Below, in pieces: positions 26,346 through 41,533 of a stretch of 64,000 nt of DNA. The notes under the pieces are model-generated. The model saw only the letters and a list, made by a program, of their open reading frames with translations, searched no databases and was not told the origin of the DNA. A program made the position numbers and the translations under genes. Every line of letters starts with the position of its first letter. Position 1 is the first letter of the stretch. This DNA comes from Mytilus edulis (lineage: Eukaryota): contig NC_092355.1 of NCBI RefSeq assembly GCF_963676685.1, forward strand, positions 13,330,001 through 13,394,000, written 5' to 3'.

Positions 26346-27386
26346 CAATCGAAATGGTCGTTGTTGTTTGTAATATCATATTAGGTTTAGAACAGCAGAT
26401 ATTGAGGTGCCGTGGTAATTTTTGGTTTCACAGGTTTTGTAAAGGAAGTCGAATACTCGCTTCTTATACTACTTCTTCTTGATGTTATTACTTGGCACCT
26501 CGATAGCTTCACGTTTATCGGTAAGTTCGTCTTTGAGCTATATACGCTTCAAACCATGAATCTGACAAACTATATAGCTTTATTAATAAACTTTGTTATA
26601 AGTTTGATTCAATGTTACATAAATACAAGTATAGAAAGATACAATAACATAAAAAAAATAGTAGAGAAAGGAGAATATTGTTGGAACCAATGATAAGGCC
26701 TAAACTTACCTATACAGCTAGCGCTGGCATATAAAAGCTCAGAAGCTGTTGTAACTATCATAGCAAATGCTATTGTTATTTTACCCCATACATATATTTT
26801 AGCAATTTAGTATTGAAAATACATTACTAAGCTGTTATTTTGTACATATCATTTCAGTGAAATGAACTAAAGCCAGCTCAATTATATATGCATGATTGCA
26901 AAACTTAGATACCGTACTAACTATAGGCAACATTAGTATACCGCTGTTCCTAATTCATAAATCGATTTAGAGAAAACAAATCCGGCTTACCAACTAAAAC
27001 CAGGGAAACACAACAACAATAAGAGAGAAACAACTAAACAACAGAAACACTGAAGAACAACAAAACCAATCGACAATTAAACACACCCAAAAACGAACTA
27101 TAAGATAACAACTGCAATTTAAAGCGTTTTTAAACCGCCGGTCGGGATAAATATGTTATGTTTTTAATTATTTGTTTAATTTATTTCCATTTTGTTCATG
27201 TCTTTGTTCTTACAAATATCAACATACATGTAATTGCAATGGTAGTTTAAAGGCGTAAATAGTCCGTGAAAGGAAACATTTTTATTTCGGATAAATTAAT
27301 GTTCATATTCATATTAATAGTTAATCGGGATGTTGAACGGTAATACGTATGAACAACGAAATAGGCTATAACATTTAAGAACAACA

Positions 27387-27392
27387 TTTATT
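27387..27392 (-). promoter_or_regulatory. Polyadenylation signal of 7TM gene
   Basis: AATAAA on the minus strand ~60 nt after the stop. Confidence 0.5.
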
Positions 27393-27452
27393 ACATTTTA
27401 AGTACAACAAGTATGCACACACACTGTAAAGTTCCGACTTTCTCGTTTTTGT

Positions 27453-29537
27453 TCATTTGTTCACCGTAAGAAACACAACACCGTTCATTATTCCACCGGT
27501 TGCACCAACAAATATTGAAGCATATCGAAGACCCATTGGCGGTTCATTAACTGAAATCCATAGTCCTTCGATTGCATTTACACCAAACTGTATTACATGA
27601 ACCAACACAAACAGTGATAGTTTAAATGCAAGACGTCTTGAGTTGATCGCTGATTGTTGCCCAAAAGATTCATTCATAACTCTTGTCTGTCTTTTGATAT
27701 AACACCATATGACCAAGTACAAGGCTATTATGATGGCAAATGACAAAAATGCAACGAGACATACTTGTAGAAAATGGAAGGTCATCAACCCACGCTCTTC
27801 TTTTATCGAACAACTGAAAAATTGAAATTGAAAATAAGAACGATTAAAACGGATTAAACGTTTGACACATGTATAGCCTTTACGTAAAAATAACAAAAAT
27901 ACAACATTCAAGGTGACAATCACAAAATTATATAAAAAAAGGAATAGTAGATAGAACAAATATTTACCGAAGACACAATTATATTGTTCCAATTTTGTTT
28001 AAGTTTGTATGTTGCATGTTTAAGTAAACTCCTTTCGGTTTTTTTTGTTATATTATATTATCCCTGTAATATTGAATTGCTGTCATGTTATAAGTAAACA
28101 GAAATAATAGGTGATATGTTGGCATATCAGAAACATGAATTTATTTAATATGATTCACTTTTATATTTCACAAAGAATCATATTTCGTGTCATACCACAT
28201 GTACACATACATAACAGATGATTTAAAAACTTTTTCAATGATTTTAACAGTTTCGAAACAATCTTACGACAAGTTCTGTGAATTAAAAATCTTAATCAGC
28301 TCTGCAACATATAAATACAGAAGTATACGATTTAGTATATACAGGAGCATACATGGACATACGCACACTATACATCTATACAATTGTTTCGGATGACTCA
28401 ATTTTTATGCCCCACCTTCGATAGTAGAGGGGCATTATGTTTTCTGGTCTGTGCCTCCGTTCGTCCGTCCGTGTGTCCGTTCGTCCTGCTCAGGTTAAAG
28501 TCTTTAGTCAAGGTAGTTTTTGATGAAGTTGAAGTTCAATCAACTTGAAACTTACTACACATGTTCCCCATGATATGATCTTTCTAATTTTAATGCCAAA
28601 TTATAGTTTTGACCCCAATTTCACGGTCCACTGAACATAGAAAATGATAGTGCAAAGCTCAGGTTAAAGTTTTTGGTCAAGATAATTTTTTATGAAGTTA
28701 AAGTCCAACCAACTTGAAACTTAGTATACATGTTTCCTATGATATGATCTGTCTAAATTTAATTTCAAATTAAAGTATTGACCCCAATTTCACGGTCCAC
28801 TGAACATGGAAAGTTATAGTGCGAGTGTTGCATCCGTGTACTATGGACACATTCTTGTTTTAAACATTCTGAATGTATGTCATAATGCCTTTCTTTACAA
28901 AATTTATACTTTGTATTACAAATAAAGTTTTTTTTTATATGTGCTACCTGCGTTTTGTTCAGTATTTTGCTTGTTTACAGCAGTTTGCTTTTATCATATT
29001 TAGTACAAATACTACTTACAATGCTGGGTTTGGTGAAAACTTCCCAAAGAAGGCTAATGTTGTCAGTTCAATTACAGGAAATCCAATTGCAGGACAAAGT
29101 AGAAAAACATCCCACTTGCCTAACGGTAAATTCCGACTTCTAATCACAAGATTGAAAGCATTAATTGCTATCACGGTACTTAGAAAAACTTGCGAAAATG
29201 CAAATTCAAGTATTAACATTCCGTAAATTGAACATGCCAAATTAGTAATTCTGACATATTTAGCAATTCCTTGATGAATTCCAAATGCTGTTTGAGCTGC
29301 ATAAAATAGAAGATCACATACCACCGTATAAAGACTGAATCTTTCGATGACTTTCCATTTGAAGAAATTACCCTTGCTTGATCTGATGAGATAAATCAAG
29401 ACAATTGAAGAAATAATGATGCTGCAAAATGTTATAAAAATTATTGGTATACCAATTTCTAATGGTAATCCTTTAAAATCATATGGTGATAATGTTGTGG
29501 TGATTTGAAATGTATCATTATTGTGTTGCTCCATCAT
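27453..29537 (-). CDS. 7-transmembrane GPCR-like protein, 292 aa (resembles cAMP-receptor/GCR1/GPR157-like group)
   Basis: Exon 1 29537-29020 (donor GTAAGT, phase 2) joins exon 2 27813-27453 (acceptor ttttcAG) in frame (PNPA-F-CSIK). Four plus three hydrophobic helices, ERFSLYTVVCDLL before/in TM2, Cys at the top of TM3 and in ECL2, TGGIMNGVVF in TM7, N-terminal NDT sequon. The family label is tentative. Confidence 0.85.
28402..28860 (+). mobile_element. Helentron/DINE-1 (pearl-like) non-autonomous element in GPCR intron
   Basis: TTTTTATGCCCC..GGGGCAT inverted repeat, (GTCC/GTTC)n microsatellite, two ~170-bp core repeats (28489, 28658), 3' short palindrome before T-run. Confidence 0.75.
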
Positions 29538-29859
29538 TCTTCAACGCACGATAGAAAATGATCTGGTTTTTTTATATATATGATCAGATTACCGATGAGA
29601 ATAAACGTATATTATACTGGAGTACAATACTTTTTTAATGATGTTCGCTGCTAATAGTCAGGTTTTGACATATATTCGGAATCCTCAGGTTTTATCAATG
29701 TAGCCTTGATAAAAAAAAAATCCCGCTTACCTATTATTTCTTGTCACTATTTTATTACACATAGTTAAAAAAAAGCAATTTTTGGGAATCCTTGTTTTTT
29801 TCAAATTATTTTTACAGAAAACCTTGCAAAATGTTTAATGATTTACTAAACAGGGTTCA

Positions 29860-30460
29860 TTGTCTGGGCAAACAAAGATATAAATGGTAATACACCAAAA
29901 TTCCAGGGGTATAACAGAATACCATAACATTGTTTGTGACCGAGAGCTGAAATCATTCCTCAGTAAAGGACCTAAATACCGTCCCTTGTCAATTTTTAAT
30001 TGGAATGAGTGTGGTAACACCATCCACGACACACTCCGTACTTACTGCTCTTAATGAATAAAACGATAAAAATCTGATAAGACATCATTAGATTCCTTTT
30101 TTAATTCGTCAATGAACATAGTTGATATACGAATTCAGCATTTTAAATATCATCTTAATCCCATAACAACAACCATAATAGCCCTATGAATCTGTTTTTG
30201 TCCCGGCTGATAATGCTGTTAAAAATATCATAATGGTTTGACCACAACTGTACATTGAAGTTATAAATCACGATATCACCAATATAACAACTGACTTCAT
30301 TTTCGGAAAATGCCATCTGTAACAAAAAAGTCCCCATTTCAATTTCCAATTGTATTAACTTTTAGCTACCTCTTTACAAGCAGAACCAAATACAATGAAA
30401 CTATGTACTGGCTTCATAATATGCACAATCCTCCTTACAAATATTGATTTATTTCGCGTC
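29860..30460 (+). mobile_element. Highly decayed Penelope-like ORF fragment
   Basis: Readable remnants such as LSKGPKYR, VPADN and LYWL with many frameshifts; other decayed RT pieces at ~32640-32900 and ~37430-37700. Confidence 0.5.
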
Positions 30461-33400
30461 TTCAAACCTTATTATAGTGCCTTATTTTTAAGAGCTCTTC
30501 TGTTTTTTAGACAAAGCCGCAGACAATTCTTGTGCGTTTTGTAAATTGGGACGTGAAAATATGCATCCTTTAAGTCCAAACAGAAACCCCAATCTCCTTG
30601 TTGAACCGTAGAAGGGAAATACATTTTGAACTGTTATTTTAGGAGATACTTGTTGAGGGTTTTATATTTATTACTGGTCTCATGTCCCCTGTTTTCTTGC
30701 GGACAAGAACAAAAGTGCTGTAAAAATCGCATTTCTTTTCCTTTGAATGGATCATCATGTACATATTCTACAGCTTCGTTTTCAAAAATTAAATAAGAAG
30801 CCCCGTCACCAACTAACTGTTTGAGATTATCAATACCAAAAGTCTTTATCATCGATTTCTTGATACTTTAAAGAAATTACTAAATCTAGCTACCATCTTC
30901 TTACTTGTTTTGGCTCTCGAACTGTTTTCATCCGAGCGTCACTAGTTAGTCTTGTGTGGACGAAACGCACGTCTGGCGTATTACATTTTAAACCTGATAC
31001 CTTTTGTTAGCTATTATTCGTTTGCTTCTCTGTCCTATATGTTCTCCCATATATTTGTATTGTAGTCTTGTCATGTAATGTTGTCATTTTAATGTTATAT
31101 TTAACATTGCCATAAAAGCGAGAGGTTTGGCATGCCAAAAAACCAGGTTCAACCCACCATTTTTGTCTTAAAATGTGCTGTGCCCAGTCAGGATAATAAT
31201 CATCGTTATATTATAGTTCGTTGCTGTGTGTCTTACATTTTAATGGTGTGTTTCTGTTGTGTCGTTGTTCTCCTCTTATATTTAATGCGTTTCCTTCAGT
31301 TTTAGTATGTAACCCGGATTTGTCTTTTTTTTCTCTATCGATTTCTGAGTTTAGAACAGCGGTTTACTACTGTTGCCTTTATTTATCTCGCCGTGAAACA
31401 AATTTGGCAAACCTTGTATGTAGTAGTGTTAAACTAGCTTGCATCAATTGTGAGTACTCTTAGATTTACACAGTCAAACCGGGTTGGAAAAATGGTTGGA
31501 CGCCCGCAGATATATAAACCCCACCATATTCGTTATATTTTTGTTTATAGTCAGGAACCTGTTAGTAAGTGGTTGTAATTTGTTCATTTTTGTTCATTCA
31601 TTTATTGTAACTGAATATTTGATAACTGTAACAGTAGTATTTACCAAGTCAGGAATATGACAGTTGTGATTCATTCGTTAAATGTGTTTGAGTGTTGATT
31701 TTGCCATTTGATTAGGGACTTTCCGTTTTGAATTTTCCTCAGAGTTCAGTATTTTTGTGATTTTACTTTATACGTGTATAAACATATAATATCATATATC
31801 GATTAAGCGAAATTATATCTGGATTGCATACTTGAAGAGAGGAAATATATATAAACTATTAGAAGAAAACAACGGAACAACATGAACACTAAACTGCAAC
31901 AAAAACAAAAGCAAACATACATAAAACCTGACTTTTTGATTACAACTGTCATATACCGAACTTGGTGCAGGACAGTTAAAGAAACACTAGTGGCTTGGTT
32001 TTCTGGCAATGTTAAACAAATACCGCCAAAATTGCAACATAACCTGACACGAAAATAGTACAAATAAACACAGCCAGGACAGAAAAATAAATAAATGAAT
32101 ATATAATATTGGGTAAATGTCAGGTAAACTTTTTTGTATGAGTCTGAGAAACTGGGGAAGGACAAGGTTCTACCGGGCCCTTCCTCAATTTTGCGCCCAG
32201 TACAAAAAAGATTATATATTTATTATATTGATCTAATATTGTTTTTATACGGCAACTTAAATTAATACATTGATAGATTTTTAAATCGTAACACAAATGT
32301 CAAACTTATTGTAATCCCTTAATGAACCCCTGATTGTGGAGAAAGTGTTCTATGATGAAATTAACATTATACAAGATATAGCTATGTTACAATATTTAGG
32401 AAATAAACACAGCTAGCTGCTGTATAAATAATATTTTAGTGCATCACATCATTTAATTATAAAAATTACACGTATAAGAAACATCTTTGGTGATCAAAGG
32501 TTCTTCGAAAGGGTACCCAGATCTTGTTCCACATGTGCCATCAGTCGAACAACACAACTAAATATGTTTTAAAGTTCTCCAAAATGATGAGGCATCACAA
32601 AATAGCGAACTGGTAATTTATACTCTTATGCATGTGATTTTTTTTACTTCCTATTGTTAATTATCCATTTTTAGATGTTGACATTCCTTTGTCACAATAC
32701 TATGGTGTTTATATATCTCCACTTCTTCGATTCGGTCGTGTATGTAACATCGCATTTCACTAGAGTTTTCGATATCACAAAGTAGTCAAAATATTTACTA
32801 AATTTTATCATCGGTACAAAGACATCATTCGAAAATATAAATCAGCATGCAAGACATCTAATACGTCCGTGTATTTCACAACGAATATGTTATGGTAATA
32901 TTATTTACAAATGTCGACATTCACCTCAAACGGTAACCAAACCTTTACACAGACTATTTCGGGAAGAATATACTTACGATATACTTGTCTGGAGTCTGGA
33001 GCTGGCATGTCAGTCACTGCTAGTATTCCTTTGTTCATTTATGTATCATTGTCATTTTGCTTAATTTCATTTGTTACCTTTTCTAATATCGGACCTTGAC
33101 TTTTCAACTGAATTTTACTGCTACGTATTGCTATATGTTTCCTTGTTCTACATTGGTTAGAGGTATAGGTAAAGGGTTGAGATCTCACAAAACATGTTTG
33201 ACCCCGCCGCATTTTTGCGTCAGGAGTCTCTGGCCTTTGTTAGTCTTGTATCTTTTTTTTTTTAAATTATGTTATGGAGTTGAGTGATACATCCATTGTT
33301 ACTGATTAAGTACACATTTTTTTAAGGGCCAGCTATGGCACGATTTTCTTGCTGCTTTGAAGACCAATTGGTCGCCTCCGGATGTTGTCTGCTCTTTGGT

Positions 33401-33596
33401 CGGGTTGTTGTCTCTTTTACAAATTCCCGATTTTCATTTTGAATTTTATGTTGAAATCAAGCGATACAGTATCACTTAATTTGGGTTACAAACTCAAACA
33501 GTTGGAAGGCGGAAACACTATCGTAGAATATGATCATATACCCCCTGTGGAGATCCTGAATATAGCCCTTGATGGTGCAAACTTCCCTAAATAACG

Positions 33597-33900
33597 TGTA
33601 TGGTGTAATGGTGTATGGCATATGGTGCAATGGTAGAAGGTGTATGGCATATGGTGCAATGGTAGACGACGTATGGCATATGGTGCAATGCATGGTAGAC
33701 GGTGTATAGCATATGGTGCAATGATAGAAAACGTATGGCATATGGTGCAATAGTAGAAGGTGTATGGCATATGGTGCAATGGTAGAAGACGTATGGCATA
33801 TGGTGGGATGGTAAAGGTGTATGGTGCAATGGTAAAAGGTATATGGTACTATGGTGTAATGGTAGGAGGTGTATGGTGCTCTGGTGTATGGTGTAACGGA
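33597..33900. repeat. ~29-bp minisatellite
   Basis: Unit TGTATGGCATATGGTGCAATGGTAGAAGG, ~7 copies decaying rightwards. Confidence 0.9.
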
Positions 33901-36900
33901 AATAATGTAATTGTGAATGAGGAATGGTGTGATTGTGTAACGTGTATATAAAGTGTGGGAATCAAAGTTTAAAACTATGCAAATTATTGATACGAACTGA
34001 TGTTAAATTTTATACATTAATTTACAATATTGTGATCAAAATACATTTTTTTAAATCAATAAAAAGTTTTGTAGTCGCACGTTTTCGTTGATATTAAATT
34101 GCATTATGATTAATTTCTAATGGGGTACATAGAATGTGTTAGGTGTATGGTGCAAAGTTGTAATGTGTAAGGTGTAAACGTTGTATGGTGAATGGTGTAA
34201 TGGTGTATGTTGTTAGTGGGAAATTTACACCTTCCAAGGACTGACAATTACAATTACATTCAGTTCGTGTTTTAAAAGATAGGCAAAGACATCTTTCAAA
34301 AGTGATATTCAATCTCATAAGTCGCAAATAATCCTTAAATGACTAAGCAAAAAATAAACAGAAAATGATGAAAAGACAAACAACTTTACAAAACACAACA
34401 TTCAAAACTGAAGACTGAACAACACGAACCCCACTGAAAAATTGAACAATAAGATATTCTGGTAAGTGCTCCGGAAGGGTAAGTAAATACTAACTAGAAG
34501 TCGTACTTAATTTATGTTGATACTGATGCAACGTCTATCAAATGTAGTATCAGCAAGTAAATATGTTTTGCTGGTGACAATAAATGATTATTTGATTAGG
34601 TCTTTCCACTTTTTCTGTGGAATAACCTATTGTAATTGTTCTGATTATTTTTTTCTTCTTCCGCCAAATTTTTAAACTTGTGTTGTGTTTTCGCAAGATG
34701 TCGCGTAGATTGTTTGCTTTTTTTTGTGACTGACCTTGTTTAGTTGAAGATTTTTAGTGTTATCTCCTCCCCTGTCACCGTAAAATAAAGCGTACATGAT
34801 AAAACCATAGGGTCTTTTTAAAACTGTTTGTTGCTATATGACCTTAATAAATAGAAAACGGAAGTGACCCTAAGTAAACCGGAAGTAGCTATTTGCGCAA
34901 TTATTTCTTGGAAAAAGTACCTAGAAACTAAATGTTTTTTAAATATGCTTGATTTTAAACATATTTTATTGATTAAGATATGAAAAGGATTGAGCAACAG
35001 GCACAGCCTATAAAAGCTGTATTTAAAATAATGCAATATAGTGGAACATGCATGCATTTGTGAGCACACACGAGCAACTAAACTCATCATTTGTACCAGG
35101 ATTGAAAATGTGTATTTACACCTGATGAACGTTTCGTCTACAAAAGGCTCATCGGTGACGCTCGAATAAAAAAAAAATAAAAGGCAATTTCAGTACGAAG
35201 TTGAAAAATATTGAGGATCAACAATTCCCAACAGTTTTGCCAAAAACAGCTAAAGTTATATATTCCTGAGGTAAACATGAAAGTCTTGGTATTAAAAAAA
35301 AACATCAAAGTTTTTGTAACAGTTTATTTAGATTTATGACCATATCAATGGTAATTTATGTCAACACAACTGTGTTTATAAAAATTCCTTAACCCTGAAA
35401 CTGTTGAGCATTGGACAAATTGTCTCTCAGTCAATTTAGAAAAAAAAATACAAAAAAATGTGCAAGATTAATGAAAAAATAAGTTTATTGAATACCATTT
35501 ATACAGGTTCAAAGATATGTGTATGAAAATAGTTTTGTCTAAGTACAAATGAACGTTTGCATTTTAACATGCATTTTCGACCTTTTCAGCGTTTATATAA
35601 TTTTCAAAATAGAATTTACATTTGTTTTCATAATAAGGGGTGATCAGCTGATGTAGCAATAGTATTACCTGTTTGCGATCTCTTAAAACCGATAACATGT
35701 GTACTAGGAATGTCGTCTTAGGATGCAACTAAATATCCCGAATCTAAGAAAACAGGAACCTCATTGCCAAAACCAAAATCAAAATCGACGACAAAAACAA
35801 TTATGGGAAATCAGTTTAAAGTTAGCTAAGAATTAAGCAATACAAAACCTCCAAGGCACCGTGGTGAAGTTATGTGCTCTGGAAAGGTGAACAGATCTTG
35901 CTCTTCTTAAATTCCTGTATTGATGTTCGTACCAGCACTGTTTCAGTGATAGATCGCTTTATGTCACAATCGACGTAGCAGATTAGAAATTTGGTTTCCT
36001 AAAGTACAACTACTTGTCCATGGACACAAAGATTCCAATACTTTCAACCAACTCACATTGGTCCTCCGAAGTATTGACGAAACGTCTTAATTCAATTTGA
36101 ATCTTTACTCTATGTTATTCCATATAAAGTGTTGATGACAGCGAACGAAACGCCATATCGTACTAACCATGCTAACTGTACGATTCTAAAAATATTCATT
36201 AATTTGTTCATAAAAGAATATATTGGTATAGGTAATCTAGTTTCATAAAAACAACGTAGCAAATGATCATCAATGTCTTGTGATGTCTCGAATAAACCCC
36301 GTGTTTTACAACAGTAATGGTTTTAGAGACTCGTAATCCATTTCAATGTGTATAAAGACACACATTTGTCTCAAGAGGCATTTATACACTGTGAGAGTCA
36401 TGAGAAGTTATGAGTACAGCCATTCATCGTGTCGGTTTACAGTTAGCTTTTAAAACATATACTATTTTATTTTCAAAATACGTACCAAATTCACATATGA
36501 TTAGTATGCTTACTCATTTCATATTGTTTACTAGGCTGTGGAAAGGTACGTGAATGAATGTAGATAACGATATATATGTGGATCACATATCAGACAACGT
36601 GAGGTTTACTTAAGAAAAAAACGTTCGACAGTTCTGCGGTCTTATCAAACACAGGAACATAAAAATGAAGTAAACTATTATCTGAATTTCGCATGAGTAT
36701 ACATGGTATACGCACAAGTTTCATTTAAACTGAAGAAATTTTTCACGTCAATTAATTCAATTTAAAAGAATTTACATCACCAAAATGAATTTATTGTGAA
36801 AATATGAGATTATTCAAAATGTAAAATGGGTTTTGAATCCTTGTGAGGTATTCGTTTCTTTCAAACACAGGTTTTCTTACCTGCACCATATTTCATGGAT

Positions 36901-39900
36901 GAGTAATTATTATTAAGTATTCTAGGTAAGACCCGTCATATAATATCAGCACTAAGTTAAAAATCAATATGCCAGTTTTTTTTCTGACCTCGAACTCACT
37001 TTTATGTAGTGTTTTTTTGGGAATTTTGAATTTTGAGTTCACAGTTCCGTCCCTTTCTGAGATACTATAAGGTATATCTATAGGTCAACTATATATGTGA
37101 TGTGGATTCGAGAACTTTAAAGAACTTGTTGATGGTTTTAAATATCGATTTTCTGCGAAATGTTCTTTTATACCTTTGATTATTCAACCCTGTATACCTT
37201 TCCTTCCCCATTTATAATTGCTTAATCTAAGAGAAATAATCCACAATGCTTTCTAATATAGTAATGGTAGAATATGAAAATGCTATAAATGTTTAGCTGT
37301 GGGATACCATACGACATATTTTCTTGATAGTGATCAAAAAGGTAAAACATGCTACACCGAGAAAAAAGTGACCAGTATGCTGGAATAAATTGTAAACTTA
37401 TTTTAATATGAGTCGGAGTTCCTTCAGACACTTGCCAAAACACAAGAAGACCAAAAAAGCCAGATCATTTCATTTCACAATCCGATATTTTAATAAATTT
37501 ACCCTTGTTTAAGAGCAATATAACAATTTCACCTGCATGTGGGATAAATGTTTCCAAACTCATTCGTTATTCAAGGTTGCACCGGCTACTTAAACTTCAA
37601 TAAACGTTACCCGCGTCACCAAAGTTCATTGGATGATAAATAGTCAGTATCAACTTCACATAAATACATAACACTCCTGAAGTATTGATTATATGTACTG
37701 ACGTTGTTATTCATCCCCATTACGTGTTAAAGTTCTACTTTTATTTGTCTTTGTATATTTCTTGCCTTTTTTGGTAATATAATTATGGTGTGGCGCGGTA
37801 TTTATAAATTCCGCCATTGTGTTGTTTTAGTATGGTCATTTTGGTATTCATTTTTGCGTAAGTGCTTTGTTTATAAATTGTTTACAAGCCATTTGTTTTT
37901 TTTTTTTTTTAGTTGACGTAGTGTTCTTATAGAAAATGTATGGTGATTCAGATAAGAATACAATGTTTACTGCTGTACAAACTTTTTTCACATTTTTTAC
38001 CTCTTATCTCGTTTTCTGTGTTCGCACATTGTAACACATTTTACTAGAATTTAATGCAAGTGAAAGGTATAACGAGTGTTAAATCCAGGTTAAAATTGAC
38101 ATTTTCTACGTAAGGAAAATATACATCATTTTACTGTTCATTCATCAATGCTGAGTCCTCATCGATTTGATCGTTGCATAGTTTTTATAAGAAATAGATA
38201 CACTACATATTGGATGCCAGGAATTATTGTACATGTCACGGTTACCTAATGTGCATGTTCCATTGATCAATGCCAAACTGTATTACAAATGTACCTATAT
38301 TTGTTTTGGAGAGACGATTAAAAAGGCCACCTATTTGGTTTACGATCACAAGACGTTCCTGTCTGTCTTGTAGATTGCATTTGACCTTGACATTATTTTC
38401 ATTGTTTATTGATCAACATTAAATGTTAATGGGTAATGGTACTACTCAGACACTTTAATCAATAGACCAAATGTACTATGCAATGATTTTAAGATGTGCA
38501 TGTTATAAGGTTGGCAGGTTTTACTTTACCTTGATCTCAATTTCAAGTCATTTAATTTCAGGAGTCATTTATAAAATATTCTTTATGTGATTCATTCAAT
38601 TGCAATCTTAACTGAAAAGTTTACCACTGAGCTATGCTAAATTAAGCTAGCGGTATAGGGCATTCAATGAGGAGGAGAAAATATTTTGGCTCCCCCCTAG
38701 GTAAATTCGATCCTCTAATTCTTAATTATTTTTCATTGGATGTAAAACAAGCTATATATTTGTTTTGTAGATAACCTCACCGGCAATTTAAACTCTGCCA
38801 TAGCAGTTTGATTTGTTAGTTATGCACATTACAATTTGTTTCTTCATAATACACATGATACAGACAAAAAAGTTCACGATTGATATTTACGTACATTAAA
38901 TTTCGTCACATATAAGTATAACCGTACTAAAGGTCATGTTTCTATCAATAAGGTAATTATCTGTATATGAGATCACGATTTGGTGTCGAATTAGGATAAA
39001 TGGTGTGATAAGAAACTTCCCAAGGCAGCCGAGGTTATAAGGTTCCTAGTTTATTATAATAACCAACAATTCAAAAATGTTTACAACAATTGATATCGTT
39101 CTTGTATTGCTACCTTATCGACATATTTGTATTCGATGATAGCAACGACTTTTAAAGTGACTTGTCGAGAGTTTTGCTCCTGGTCATGCTGATATTTTAT
39201 TTATACATCCTGTAACATGAAAAAAAATGGTAATAGCAGAGTGTAACAATCAAAGTCAGAAAATAAACGTTCATGTCCATGTGGTCAACAGAACTTGTAT
39301 GTGTATATTCAGTTGCTTCTCCGTTTTTTTCAATTATTTTCTCTTAAAACATAATTTGATAAATAGTAGTTGCTTAAACACGCCAATGTGCTAACACGTC
39401 TTTCGCGTGTTCAACCAGATAGAGACGCTGTATCAATATTAACCGGGCGAAGTCATCATAATTGCATATTTTGTCATTTAACCGTATCAGGGATTATTTG
39501 ATCATATCATTTTATAAAAGGTAATAACGCCCGTAAGACGAAAGTCGAAAATTTCTGTTAATAAATAAAATCATTGCTGGTCATTTTCTTTTTATCTAAC
39601 CACCGTTTATCTGTATTCTTTTGCTATGCAGATGTAATTACTTAGGAACACATATATATTCAATGTAATAGTTTTTAACACACCGATATTCAATGATATC
39701 ATTTTTCTTCATTGTCCGTATAAATGGAACAACAACAATAGGATTATATACCTAACTGTGCTTCTATTAAGGTAGTAAAATCTAACCAAACATAAACAAA
39801 TCCTCTTTCTATAGTTTAAACATGATAGGATATTATTTGTGTTTCTTTCAAAACGGATTTCACACATACTCAAGCTTCCATATTATTTTATACATTAAAC

Positions 39901-40864
39901 AGGGCGAAATCATTCTTCCTTTAAGTTAAGGAAATTTGTCTAGGCCAGTGACGAAACTAGGACAAGGATTATGTTTCATAGATTCCAGATTGATATACAT
40001 TATTTTTTTGCAATTGCAATTATCTATGAAAAATACCTGACTTTCAATTGATACGCCAGACAAACGCTTCTTCTACATGAGCCAAAATACGGCGTTCGTG
40101 ACTGGGACATTGGCTCAAACCGAAATACAAATATAAAGTACCCAACAATAACTAGTGTACTAGTAAATAATTCAAATAGAAAAACCAACGGTCTAATCGA
40201 AATAAAAACAAGGAACGAGGAACACATATGAACCACATCAACAAACGACAGAGTTCCTGACTTAAGATAGGTGCAAAACAATGCAGCGGGTTTAAACCAA
40301 TATTTACCCTAACCTGACATAACAGTTTAACATCACAGCATAGAAAGACACACTATAAAAAATCAATTGAAATGGAAATAAACTCAATCAAAAGACAATT
40401 AACAAAAACAAATATACATACACTGAACATGCTAAACGAATAAATGTTATGCCTGCATATGTACGATTAGTCATGGATCAACTTATTGAGTAATTCGAAA
40501 AGTAGCACTGACCTTAACTTGTCCGAGTATGATCAGTTGAACAAAAGCTAAGTTATCGTAAGCAAGCTTGATGAGAATGATGAAATCAATGCAATACACA
40601 AATAGTTTGTATTTGCATCTTCACATGACATTGATCCGTTTTCATCTATTTCAAGTCTAATACAAAAACAATATGTGCCACGAGCCGTTATCAACTTATA
40701 AAAAAAAGATATGTGCTTCAGACCCATTTTAAAGAAAAATATGTCCTTTCAAGTATTTGTATTACTATTTCGAGCATGATATATTTATAGGAAGATGCTG
40801 ATACTAATTAAATAATACAGGTATCCATTAAGATCAATGGTCAAAGGTATGATAAATAAACTAA

Positions 40865-41045
40865 TGATAGATACCAGGACTAAATTTTGTATATACATAC
40901 GCCAGACGCGCGATTCGTCTTCAAAAGACTCATCAGTGACGCTCGAATCCAAAAACGTTAAAAAGGCCAAATAAAGAACGAAGTTGAAGAGCATTGGAGA
41001 CAAAAATTCCTGAAAGTTTTGCCAAATACAGCTAAGGTAATCTAT
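40865..41045 (-). mobile_element. Degenerate copy of hammerhead-bearing repeat
   Basis: CTGATGA gtct-tttga-agac GAAT cgcgcg TC tggcgt (GAAA>GAAT). Further decayed copies at ~860-1060(+), ~1115-1220(-), ~30930-31020(+), ~35095-35370(-), ~52435-52750(-), ~58020-58070(+). Confidence 0.7.
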
Positions 41046-41505
41046 ATTGTAATAAACAGTTACAAGCATCAAGGAGCCAAAAATACTCCAATATACTTAA
41101 AGCTACAGAAAAAAAAACTTGAAAATATATGGAGGTCAACATTTAATAAGAACAGCTTGGTATCATTATAAGTTTTTACCCTTTTTTTGTTTCATCTTGA
41201 ATGAACTGACAAAGGTGCTTTGAAACAAAGTTAATCTTAAGTTATATCTGGAATATTTAAACCAAGAAATTATCATCATGGTGAATTTTAATTATTGTTC
41301 ACCATTGAGTTTTGATTTGGTTCAAAGTCACAGTTACGATTTTCAATACTGGATATCATATCAGTATATATTATTTTGCATTATTTTATCATTGATCCAT
41401 ATGATATATACCTTACTACGTAAACACCAAAAAGAGTATTTCGGTCTGAAAGTGGCAATGGAAATACGTGTCATGTATTAAAAAAAAAGATCTTGTTGGT
41501 CGTCT

Positions 41506-41511
41506 TTTATT
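41506..41511 (-). promoter_or_regulatory. Polyadenylation signal of micro-exon gene
   Basis: AATAAA on the minus strand 22 nt after TAA. Confidence 0.5.
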
Positions 41512-41533
41512 ATGCCAACTACATTATGTATGA

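Noticed and set aside
27814-27992. N-terminal 59 aa of the 179-aa ORF
   Set aside because: Intronic; the true acceptor is at 27815-27814 and phase-matches exon 1.
33472-33951. His/Cys/Tyr-rich repetitive ORFs
   Set aside because: Translations of a 29-bp minisatellite, open in several frames.
35400-40800. Search for additional exons or RNA genes
   Set aside because: Only AT-rich sequence and decayed repeats were seen; small exons cannot be excluded by eye.
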